DNA of 20,000 bases. It comes from an uncultured virus (IMG/VR IMGVR_UViG_3300029319_000023) (taxonomy: Duplodnaviria > Heunggongvirae > Uroviricota > Caudoviricetes). Below, in pieces: positions 1 through 7,655 of the stretch. The translations under genes were made by a program, and so were the position numbers. The first letter of the stretch is position 1. Every line of letters starts with the position of its first letter. The stretch is taken from the IMG/VR virus record IMGVR_UViG_3300029319_000023. One strand, written 5' to 3'. Below the pieces are notes generated by a model. It was not told where the DNA came from. It did not search any database and saw nothing but the letters and a program-made list of their open reading frames with translations.

Positions 1-1
1 T

Positions 2-2326
2 GCATCTGCAGGTAATGAAACTTATAAGACTACATTTAACTTTAAGTCTCCTGTATTCTGTGCTCCAAACACTGAATTCTGTGTCGTTCTCTTGTCTGAG
101 TCTGATTCTTATGAAGTCTTCCTTGCAAGGATGGGTTCTAAGACACTCAACTTTAAGGCATTAGGATTAGGTCAGAACTCTCAGCATAGTAAACAGTGGG
201 GTGCTGGTTCTCTATTCAAGTCTCAGAACGGTTCTATTTGGACTCCAACTCAGGAAGAAGATTTAACATTCAGACTTAAGAGAGCGAAATTTACAGCTAC
301 CTCTGGTACTGTTTATATGCACAACCCAGATCTTGATGTAAGTAACAACTACATCAGAAGATTAGATCCTGATTCATTCCAAGTCATTTCTAGATCTGTA
401 ACCGTTGGTATTGATACAGTCACAAATGGAACTGTGATGGCAGGTATTCTTACTACTGGTAGGAAGATTGGTGAAGCAACTGCTGCTGAAGGTGGTAGTT
501 CTGGTAGTTCCTATAAGTTTGGTACTATTGAAAGTACAGGTGGTCCTATCGACCTAACATTTGGTTCTTACGCAGGTATTTCTACAGTTGCTATTGGTGG
601 TACTGATTACATCGATGGTCAATATAATAATGTTGATCTATTCGCTGTTACTGGTAATGGAGTTGGTGCAAAAGCAAACATCTTTGTTGAAAATGGAAAC
701 GTAACTGCTGCTGGTGCAACTATTGTAACTGCAGGACATGGTTATGCTGTAGGTGACATTATCGGTATTACAACAGCAGACGCTGGTGGTGCTGGTTCTC
801 AAGCACAGTTGTCAATTGAAGCAACTAGTGGTGTTGATAGATTATTCTTAGAAGATGTACGTGGTAACACCTTTGTTACTAGCGAAAAACTTGTTTACTA
901 CAATGACTCTGGAACAAGAATAGCACTTGGAACTACGACAATTACATTGTCCGCAAGAACTGGTCCTACCTCTAACGAAGGTGACATGATAATTGTTTAT
1001 CTTCCAAACCACGGAATGTATAGTGGATCTAACAAGATTACTATTAGTGGATGTAAGGATCTTGCTGATGCAACACAACTATCTGCAGATGTTACTTCTA
1101 CTAGCACGGTAATTTCGGTTGCTTCTACTGCTGGATATGATACATTTGAAGGAATGCCAGTAACTGCAACAAACCCAGGTTATGTTTTGGTTGACCAAGA
1201 ACTTATTTCTTACACTGGTGTTGGTGCAGGAACATTAACTATCGGCACTAGAGGTGTTGATGGTACAGTTTCTACCCCACATACTCTTGGAGAAGAAGTT
1301 GACTTGTATGAACTACAAGGTGTATCTCTCAGAAGAATTAACACAACTCATGACATTGACCCTTATGAGTTTGATATTGATAACTTCTATATCAGAATTC
1401 AAAGAGATCAAAATGGTACAGACAGAACTGATGATGGATCATTGGTTAACGCTCCACTCCTAAGTTTCGCTGATAGCGGTGCTGCTGGTGGTGATGAAAT
1501 CGATACTACAACTAACTTGTTGTACTCTAGCATCAAACCTAACTACAGAGTTATTAAACCTACTGGTAAGACTTCTGTTACTGCACAAGCTAGAACGATC
1601 ACAGGTACAAGTCCAAGTGGAAATGAAGTCTCTTATGTAGATAAGGGTTATGTGAATATTGATCTTGGTAATGTTAATGAATTTAGTGATGTAAGAATGA
1701 TTGCATCCAAAGTTAACGAAGACGCATATAACACTGAATTATTCAGGAATAAGTCTTTCACAACTGCAATCACATTACAAACAACAGATGAAAATGTATC
1801 TCCAACTATTGACTCTACTGTTGGTGCAACTGAATTTGAATTCTTTAGAATTAATGATCCAGTCAGCAATTACGCACTAGACGGTCGTGTTAACATTAGT
1901 GGAGAAGATCCACACGCATCTGCTTACGTAAGTAAGAATGTTTCTCTTGAAAATGAATCAGTTGCTTTAAAAGTTATTATTGAAGCATACAGAAGTGAAA
2001 CATCTGATTTCCGTGTTGCATATCAACTTCAAACAAGTGCTGAAGGTGGTGCTGCTCCATGGCGTCTCTTCCCTGGCTATGATAACTTGAAAGACACTGA
2101 TGGTAACGGATTAGGTGATCAAGTAATTACTCAATTGAATAATAATGGTCGCCCAGATAGAAAGATCAGACCATCTGCTCCTCTATCCGATGAATTCATC
2201 CAGTATGAGTTTAATGCTCAAGACCTAACTGAATTCACAGGATTTAGAATCAAGATTATGATGTCTGGTACAAATGCTGCTGATCCTCCTAAGTTCAGAT
2301 CAATCAGAGCGATTGCATATACATAA
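2..2326 (+). CDS. Large virion structural protein, C-terminal part (VrlC-like tail/baseplate-associated protein of T4-like cyanophages); 5'-truncated by the window edge
   Basis: The frame of ORF 92..2326 is open back to position 2 (ASAGNETYKTTFNFKSPVF...), so the TTG start at 92 is an artefact. Motifs TTFNFKSPVF, GSLFKSQNGSIWT..QEEDLTFRLKRAKF and C-terminal F.GFRIKIMMSGTN...PP.F..IRAIA are typical of this family. G/T/S-rich beta-repeat segments. Position upstream of g13. Confidence 0.7.
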   Translation, partial: ASAGNETYKTTFNFKSPVFCAPNTEFCVVLLSESDSYEVFLARMGSKTLNFKALGLGQNSQHSKQWGAGSLFKSQNGSIWTPTQEEDLTFRLKRAKFTATSGTVYMHNPDLDVSNNYIRRLDPDSFQVISRSVTVGIDTVTNGTVMAGILTTGRKIGEATAAEGGSSGSSYKFGTIESTGGPIDLTFGSYAGISTVAIGGTDYIDGQYNNVDLFAVTGNGVGAKANIFVENGNVTAAGATIVTAGHGYAVGDIIGITTADAGGAGSQAQLSIEATSGVDRLFLEDVRGNTFVTSEKLVYYNDSGTRIALGTTTITLSARTGPTSNEGDMIIVYLPNHGMYSGSNKITISGCKDLADATQLSADVTSTSTVISVASTAGYDTFEGMPVTATNPGYVLVDQELISYTGVGAGTLTIGTRGVDGTVSTPHTLGEEVDLYELQGVSLRRINTTHDIDPYEFDIDNFYIRIQRDQNGTDRTDDGSLVNAPLLSFADSGAAGGDEIDTTTNLLYSSIKPNYRVIKPTGKTSVTAQARTITGTSPSGNEVSYVDKGYVNIDLGNVNEFSDVRMIASKVNEDAYNTELFRNKSFTTAITLQTTDENVSPTIDSTVGATEFEFFRINDPVSNYALDGRVNISGEDPHASAYVSKNVSLENESVALKVIIEAYRSETSDFRVAYQLQTSAEGGAAPWRLFPGYDNLKDTDGNGLGDQVITQLNNNGRPDRKIRPSAPLSDEFIQYEFNAQDLTEFTGFRIKIMMSGTNAADPPKFRSIRAIAYT

Positions 2327-2331
2327 ACTAT

Positions 2332-2361
2332 AAAAGACACCTAAATATAGGTGTCTTTTTT
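2332..2361 (+). terminator. Intrinsic (probably bidirectional) terminator hairpin
   Basis: Perfect 12-bp inverted repeat AAAAGACACCTA (2332-2343) / TAGGTGTCTTTT (2348-2359), 4-nt loop, T-tract to 2361, 6 nt after the stop codon at 2326. Confidence 0.8.
2341..2347 (+). promoter_or_regulatory. T4-type late promoter-like motif CTAAATA inside the terminator hairpin
   Basis: Same TAAATA core as the motifs found upstream of other genes in the window; 23 nt before ATG 2371. Confidence 0.6.
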
Positions 2362-2370
2362 AATAATAAA

Positions 2371-2826
2371 ATGTCTGATCCTGATTTGTCAGTTTTCAAT
2401 GAATTTGCCTTCCAAACTAAATTGGATGAATACTCTGAAAAAGAAATTTGGAAGATGTATAAAGATCAGCAAAAACTTGATGAGCAATTAAAAGAAGAAG
2501 AAAAAAATATTGAATACATTGAAGATGCAAGAGAAAAGGATGAAGAATTCTCTTTAATGAATTTTGGTGATGATCTTGATATTAGACCAGTAAAAGATAA
2601 TCCAGGTCTCTTTAAAGACATGAGCACTGGTGCAGTTTTGAATATGGATAATACTTCTTACAAAATCTATCAGCAGCAGAAAAAAAGGTCTGAGGCAATC
2701 CAGAAGAAACAAGACGAGCAAACTGCTAAGGTTGACAAAATGGATCTTGAAGTTGAAGAAATCAAGGGAGATCTTAAAGAATTGAAAGGTTTAATTAGAG
2801 ATTTAATAAAAGGACTAAATAACTAA
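2371..2826 (+). CDS. Hypothetical protein with acidic N-terminus and C-terminal coiled coil
   Basis: 151-aa ORF. C-terminal half (PVKDNPGLFKDMSTGAVLNMD..Y..Y...EIKGDLKELKGLIRDL) resembles the small conserved ORF that follows the VrlC-like gene in T4-like cyanophages. Confidence 0.75.
   Translation: MSDPDLSVFNEFAFQTKLDEYSEKEIWKMYKDQQKLDEQLKEEEKNIEYIEDAREKDEEFSLMNFGDDLDIRPVKDNPGLFKDMSTGAVLNMDNTSYKIYQQQKKRSEAIQKKQDEQTAKVDKMDLEVEEIKGDLKELKGLIRDLIKGLNN
2815..2821 (+). promoter_or_regulatory. Late promoter-like motif CTAAATA
   Basis: Lies in the last codons of ORF 2371..2826, 24 nt before ATG 2846. Confidence 0.6.
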
Positions 2827-2845
2827 ACGGTATATATTTTTTCTG

Positions 2846-3184
2846 ATGGCAGCAGTTTACAATAAAAATATTGTTATTAATACTGGTTCAACTTTCAATG
2901 AAACCTATAACTTAAGAAATCCAGATGAGACTTCTTACAGTTTAGTTGGTGCTGGAATGAGTGCTATTTTGAAAAAACATCCTGGTGCTAGTTCTGGAGT
3001 AGGGTTTGCAATGACTTCTACTGATCTTGCAGGTGGTGAATTAAAATTGACAATGACCGCAACAGATACTAACAAATTAAAAGAAGGTCGTTACAGATAT
3101 GATGTTTTGGTTACAGAATCTGGTGGAGATAAAGTCCATATTATAGAAGGTTCTGCAATGGTAAGAGCAGGAGTAACCACATGA
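2846..3184 (+). CDS. Small beta-rich virion protein (BppU-N/Ig-like pattern), conserved phage hypothetical
   Basis: 112 aa with pattern N.VIN.G.TF...Y.L...G.L.L..TAT.T..LK.GRY.YDV.......IIEG...V..GVT, commonly adjacent to neck genes in T4-like marine phages. Confidence 0.65.
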   Translation: MAAVYNKNIVINTGSTFNETYNLRNPDETSYSLVGAGMSAILKKHPGASSGVGFAMTSTDLAGGELKLTMTATDTNKLKEGRYRYDVLVTESGGDKVHIIEGSAMVRAGVTT

Positions 3185-3318
3185 CTTATACTCAAAAAAT
3201 AACTGTTCCTAAATCTGCAGAGGTAGATACTAAGTTAATTAAAACCTCTACTGCCCAGAAGGTAACCGTTCTAAATAATAACGACAATGAAAATGTTGAC
3301 ATTACTGTAAGCGGGTAA
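3181..3318 (+). CDS. Small 45-aa hypothetical protein (not in ORF track)
   Basis: ATGA overlap with the upstream stop. Translates MTYTQKITVPKSAEVDTKLIKTSTAQKVTVLNNNDNENVDITVSG*. Ends 2 nt before the g13 ATG, filling the gap exactly. Confidence 0.6.
   Translation: MTYTQKITVPKSAEVDTKLIKTSTAQKVTVLNNNDNENVDITVSG
3271..3277 (+). promoter_or_regulatory. Late promoter-like motif CTAAATA upstream of g13
   Basis: TAAATA core 43 nt before ATG 3321. Confidence 0.55.
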
Positions 3319-3320
3319 AT

Positions 3321-4163
3321 ATGGCAAAACCATCTACCAGAGAAGGATTTAAAGACTATTGCCTAAGGCAATTAGGTGCTCCTGTACTAGAAATCAATGT
3401 TGATGATGACCAACTTGATGATCTAGTCGATGATGCTTTGCAGTTTTGGCAAGAGAGACATTTTGATGGGACAGAGAGCCAATACTTAAAATATAAGATT
3501 ACACAAGATGATATTGATAGAGGAAAGGCAAGAGTTGGAAATCAAGGTGCAGGTATTACTACAACAACAGATAGTGCTACTATTACTGGAAGTAGTGTTG
3601 CTTTTAACTTTGAGGAAAATAGCAATTTCTTAAAACTTCCAGATGATATCATTGGAGTAAATAAAGTATTCAGATTTGATAGTAGTAGCATTTCTAGTGG
3701 AATGTTTAGTGTTAAATATCAATTATTCTTAAATGACATTTATTGGTTAGGTGCTAGTGAGTTATTAAGTTACTCTATGGTAAAGAGTCATTTAGAGACT
3801 ATTGATAGATTACTTACAACTGATAAGCAAATAAGATTCAATAAAACTCAAGGAAAACTTTATATCGACATTGAGTGGAATAACGCAACTGTGGATGATT
3901 ATATTATTATTGATTGTTACAGAGCGATTGATCCATCAACTAATCAGTTAGTTTGGAATAATTCTTTCTTAAAACGATATACCACCGCATTGATTAAAAG
4001 ACAATGGGGTCAAAACTTAATTAAGTTCCAAGGTGTAAAACTTCCTGGTGGTATTGAATTAAATGGTAGACCAATATATGACGATGCTGAAAGAGAACTT
4101 GCCGAATTGAGACAGGCAATGATTAGCGAATACGAACTTCCACCTTTTGATCTTATTGGATAA
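3321..4163 (+). CDS. g13: Neck protein gp13
   Basis: N-terminal MAKPSTR..FKDYCLRQLGAPVLEINVDDDQ and C-terminal LIKRQWGQNLIKF.GVKLPGGIELNG are T4 gp13 motifs; first gene of the g13-g16 synteny block. Confidence 0.93.
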   Translation: MAKPSTREGFKDYCLRQLGAPVLEINVDDDQLDDLVDDALQFWQERHFDGTESQYLKYKITQDDIDRGKARVGNQGAGITTTTDSATITGSSVAFNFEENSNFLKLPDDIIGVNKVFRFDSSSISSGMFSVKYQLFLNDIYWLGASELLSYSMVKSHLETIDRLLTTDKQIRFNKTQGKLYIDIEWNNATVDDYIIIDCYRAIDPSTNQLVWNNSFLKRYTTALIKRQWGQNLIKFQGVKLPGGIELNGRPIYDDAERELAELRQAMISEYELPPFDLIG

Positions 4164-5548
4164 TGGCACTTAATCCTTTTTTTATACAAGGTTCCACTGG
4201 AGAACAGAACCTCGTACAAGATTTGATCAACGAACAGTTGAGGATGTATGGTATCGATGTAACATACATTCCAAGGAAGTTTGTAAATAAAAAATCAATT
4301 ATAGAAGAAGTGCAATCATCAAAGTTTGATGATAATTTTACTATTGAAGCCTATTTGCAAAACTATGATGGGTTCCAAGGTAATGGAGATATAATGACAA
4401 AATTTGGAATCACTCTAAAAGATGAAGTATCTTTGATCATTTCTAAAGAGAGATTTACAGATTTTATCCGTCCATTTATGGATCAGATGGATGATGATGA
4501 AGTTGAATTCTTTGATACCCCTAGAGAGGGTGATTTAGTATACTTCCCACTTGGGAAAAAGTTATTTGAGATCAAGTATGTAGAAGTAGAAAAACCTTTC
4601 TTCATGCTTCGTAAAAACTACGTTTTTGAACTTAGATGTGAATTATTTGAGTACGAGGATGAGGTACTTGATACTGGTATTGATAGTATTGATAAGACAG
4701 TTCTTGATGAAGGATTCATCACTACATTAAACATTGTAGGAAATGGAACTACTGCTCTAGGAACTGCAAGTACAACTACTGGTTATGTTGGTCAAGTATT
4801 CTTACAAAATGATGGATATGGATATACCAGTACTCCTCTAGTAACATTCACTTCTCCTCCAGTTGGATTTACGACTGCTACTGCTGTTGCAATCACAACT
4901 GCTATGGGACAATTACAGGCAGTAGAAGCAATTAGATTGACAAATGCAGGTTATGGATATAGTGAAAAACCAACCATTTACATTACAGGTGGTGGAGGAT
5001 CTGGTGCTATTGCAACCTGTACTTTTGTAGTTGGATCTGGAACTTCCTTCGGTGTTGGAGAAATTACTGTTGGAACAGCAGGAACTCAATATGCTGCTGC
5101 ACCAACTGTTGCTATCGGAACTGCACCAGCTGGTGGAATTGATGCAACTGCATTTGCAACTCTTAATTCTAGAGGTCAGGTTACTAATGTATACATTACT
5201 AATGCAGGTGCTGGATATACAGAGGCACCTTCTGTAACCTTCTCTGGTGCCCCTCAGAACGGAACTGGCACTTATGTGTACAATGAACTAATTACTGGGC
5301 AATCAAGCAGTACAACAGCAAGAGTTAGGGAATGGGATGCAACTAAGGGTGTTCTTAAGGTTGGTATTGTTACTGGAACCTTCTATGACGGAGAAACAGT
5401 TGTTGGTTCTACATCATCTGCTACATATACTGTGAGGACGTATAATTTTGAAGATACTTATGATGCCTTCAATGAAGGAGATGTCTTTGAAACAGAGGCA
5501 GATTTAATCTTAGATTTTTCTGAGAAAAACCCATTTGGTGAATTCTAA
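4163..5548 (+). CDS. g14: Neck protein gp14 with long C-terminal repeat insertion
   Basis: MALNPFF..G...EQNLVQDLINEQLRMYG.DV.YIPR and PREGDLVYFPL...LFEIKYVE match gp14; ends DFSEKNPFGEF; TAATG coupling to g13. Confidence 0.9.
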   Translation: MALNPFFIQGSTGEQNLVQDLINEQLRMYGIDVTYIPRKFVNKKSIIEEVQSSKFDDNFTIEAYLQNYDGFQGNGDIMTKFGITLKDEVSLIISKERFTDFIRPFMDQMDDDEVEFFDTPREGDLVYFPLGKKLFEIKYVEVEKPFFMLRKNYVFELRCELFEYEDEVLDTGIDSIDKTVLDEGFITTLNIVGNGTTALGTASTTTGYVGQVFLQNDGYGYTSTPLVTFTSPPVGFTTATAVAITTAMGQLQAVEAIRLTNAGYGYSEKPTIYITGGGGSGAIATCTFVVGSGTSFGVGEITVGTAGTQYAAAPTVAIGTAPAGGIDATAFATLNSRGQVTNVYITNAGAGYTEAPSVTFSGAPQNGTGTYVYNELITGQSSSTTARVREWDATKGVLKVGIVTGTFYDGETVVGSTSSATYTVRTYNFEDTYDAFNEGDVFETEADLILDFSEKNPFGEF

Positions 5549-6402
5549 TGTTAGGACAGTATTACTATCACGAAATCCTAAGAAAAACAATTATTGGTTT
5601 CGGAACCTTATTTAATAATATTCAACTACGCCATCAAGATGCTGCTGGTAAGGATATTAGTGCGATTAAAGTACCCCTAGCATATGGTCCTATGCAAAAA
5701 TTCTTGGCAAGAATTGAGCAAGGTAAAACAAATGAGAGAGACATTGCAATTACTTTACCAAGAATGTCATTTGAAATGACTGGTATTGAGTATGATGCAA
5801 CAAGAAAAACAGGAATTACTCAAACATTCAAAACCACTATAAAACCTAGTGGTTCTTTGAAAAAGGTATTCATGCCTGTTCCTTATAATCTTAATTTTGA
5901 ATTAAATATTTTTACAAAATTAAATGATGATGCTTTACAAATTATTGAACAGATATTACCATATTTCCAACCAAGTTTTAATGTTACAATAGACCTAGTA
6001 AGTTCTATTGGAGAGAAAAGAGATGTTCCTATTACACTAAACAATATTAGTTTTTCTGACGAATATGAGGGAGACTTTACGACTCGTAGAGCACTCATTT
6101 ACACATTATCTTTTTCTGCAAAAACTCAACTCTTCGGTGCAATCGCAGATTCTCCAGATGGAATCATCAAGAAGGTTATGGTCGATATCTACCAAGATAC
6201 AAATACAAGAACCGCAAGAAAGAGTGTCAGATATACAACTACACCAAAAGCAAAGAAAGATTACAACGACGACGGAGCGATTACTGCTGCCGATGATCCG
6301 TTAATTGTAGAAGGTGATGATTTTGGATTCAATGAAACTACATCAATATATTTGACTCCAACTAAATATAGTCCAAGTGAAGGAAAGGATGTTGACGGAT
6401 GA
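5548..6402 (+). CDS. g15: Tail sheath stabilizer / tail terminator gp15
   Basis: YYYHEILRKTIIGFGTLFNNI, KVPLAYGP..KFLAR, LPRMSFE, MPVPYNL.FEL, QIIEQILPYFQP are gp15 motifs; TAATG coupling to g14. Confidence 0.93.
   Translation: MLGQYYYHEILRKTIIGFGTLFNNIQLRHQDAAGKDISAIKVPLAYGPMQKFLARIEQGKTNERDIAITLPRMSFEMTGIEYDATRKTGITQTFKTTIKPSGSLKKVFMPVPYNLNFELNIFTKLNDDALQIIEQILPYFQPSFNVTIDLVSSIGEKRDVPITLNNISFSDEYEGDFTTRRALIYTLSFSAKTQLFGAIADSPDGIIKKVMVDIYQDTNTRTARKSVRYTTTPKAKKDYNDDGAITAADDPLIVEGDDFGFNETTSIYLTPTKYSPSEGKDVDG
6362..6368 (+). promoter_or_regulatory. Late promoter-like motif CTAAATA upstream of g16
   Basis: TAAATA core 30 nt before ATG 6399, inside the 3' end of g15. Confidence 0.55.
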
Positions 6403-6827
6403 TGAAAGACAACAAATTCGACCAAATTAATGAAGCACTAGACACGTCAATCGAGTCTAGTATTACTGAGATTAAGAAGGATGCTGTGCCAATTCCTAAA
6501 CAAGAGACAGATGATGTAACTAAAGATTATGAATATACTAGAGGTAACTTGTATTCCTTAATTGAAAAGGGACAAGAAGCACTCAATGGAATCATGGAAC
6601 TAGCAGCAGAAAGTGACAGTCCTAGAGCATATGAAGTTGCTGGACAAATTTTAAAAAGTGTTGGTGACAATACAGATAAACTTTTAGATTTACAAAAGAA
6701 ACTAAAAGATCTTGAGGAAGATAGTGGAAAACCAGTAGGTGGTAATGTGACTAATAATGCAGTTTTTGTTGGGTCAACTTCAGAATTGCAAAAGTTACTA
6801 AAACAAGGAATACTAAATAATAAGTAA
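6399..6827 (+). CDS. g16: Terminase small subunit gp16
   Basis: DYEYTRGNLYSLIEKGQEA, SDSPRAYEVAGQ, NNAVFVGSTSELQK are gp16 motifs; synteny after g15. Start could be 6399 or 6402. Confidence 0.92.
   Translation: MMKDNKFDQINEALDTSIESSITEIKKDAVPIPKQETDDVTKDYEYTRGNLYSLIEKGQEALNGIMELAAESDSPRAYEVAGQILKSVGDNTDKLLDLQKKLKDLEEDSGKPVGGNVTNNAVFVGSTSELQKLLKQGILNNK
6813..6819 (+). promoter_or_regulatory. Late promoter-like motif CTAAATA
   Basis: In the last codons of g16, 25 nt before ATG 6845. Confidence 0.6.
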
Positions 6828-6844
6828 TTGTTCCTTCATTTACG

Positions 6845-7654
6845 ATGAATTGGAGATTAGATGAAAACAAAAGTGGTGATAGTTCTTTGCGCGACTGGTT
6901 TAGCAAGAGTCGCTCTTCTGATGGTACCCCTGGTTGGGTTCAACTGGGCGGTAAATACTCAGGAAAGCCCTGTGCTAAACAACCAGGTCAAACAACTAAA
7001 CCAAAATGTGGATCTTCAAAAATGAAACGTGCTCTCTCTAAAGATGAAGAGGAGTCAGCATTTCGTCGTAAGAATCGTCAAGACCCAAACCCAGATAAAA
7101 AGGGGAAGGCGAAGAATGTTGCAACAATGAAAGAAGGCAAAAAAGATGCCTGCTATAAAAAAGTAAAATCTCGCTATTCAGTTTGGCCAAGTGCTTATGC
7201 AAGCGGTGCACTTGTCAAATGCCGTAAAGTTGGTGCTAATAATTGGGGAAACAAAAGTAAAAAAGAAGAATTTGAAGGTAAAATGTCTTTCCAAGATTTC
7301 ATGAATGAAGGAAAGAAGTGTTGGAAGGGATATAAAAAAACGGGAACCCAAAAACTATTCGGCAAAACGTACAACCGCTGTGTAAAGGCAAACGAAGAAC
7401 ATGGACTCGAAGAAGGAGCAGCATGGACAAAAAAGTCAGGACAGAGTAAGTCAGGCGGACTTAACGAAAAAGGCAGAAGAAGTTACGAACGCGAAAATCC
7501 TGGATCTGACCTTAAAGCACCTAGCAAGAAAGTTGGAAACCCCCGCAGGGCATCATTCTGCGCTAGAATGAAAGGAATGAGAAAGAGACAGAAACCATCT
7601 AATAATACAGGTGATGATAGATTGTCTAAGTCACTCAGAGCATGGAATTGTTAA
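6845..7654 (+). CDS. Basic multi-module protein; putative internal head polyprotein processed by gp21
   Basis: 269 aa, very K/R-rich. Four modules, each with two Cys, separated by hydrophobic-x-E sites. Preceded by a late promoter motif. The ORF is well supported; the function is inferred. Confidence 0.65.
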   Translation: MNWRLDENKSGDSSLRDWFSKSRSSDGTPGWVQLGGKYSGKPCAKQPGQTTKPKCGSSKMKRALSKDEEESAFRRKNRQDPNPDKKGKAKNVATMKEGKKDACYKKVKSRYSVWPSAYASGALVKCRKVGANNWGNKSKKEEFEGKMSFQDFMNEGKKCWKGYKKTGTQKLFGKTYNRCVKANEEHGLEEGAAWTKKSGQSKSGGLNEKGRRSYERENPGSDLKAPSKKVGNPRRASFCARMKGMRKRQKPSNNTGDDRLSKSLRAWNC

Positions 7655-7655
7655 G

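Noticed and set aside
92..94. TTG start for the first ORF
   Set aside because: The frame is open to the window edge with family-typical sequence upstream, so the gene starts before position 1.
848..6304. Short alternate-frame and antisense ORFs inside the first ORF, g13, g14 and g15
   Set aside because: Essentially all contained within well-supported genes, with compositions typical of off-frame translation.
7611..7655. N-terminal extension MMIDCLSHSEHGIVK of ORF 7611..8165
   Set aside because: It overlaps the upstream gene; ATG 7656 directly follows the upstream stop and gives a CTS-like N-terminus.
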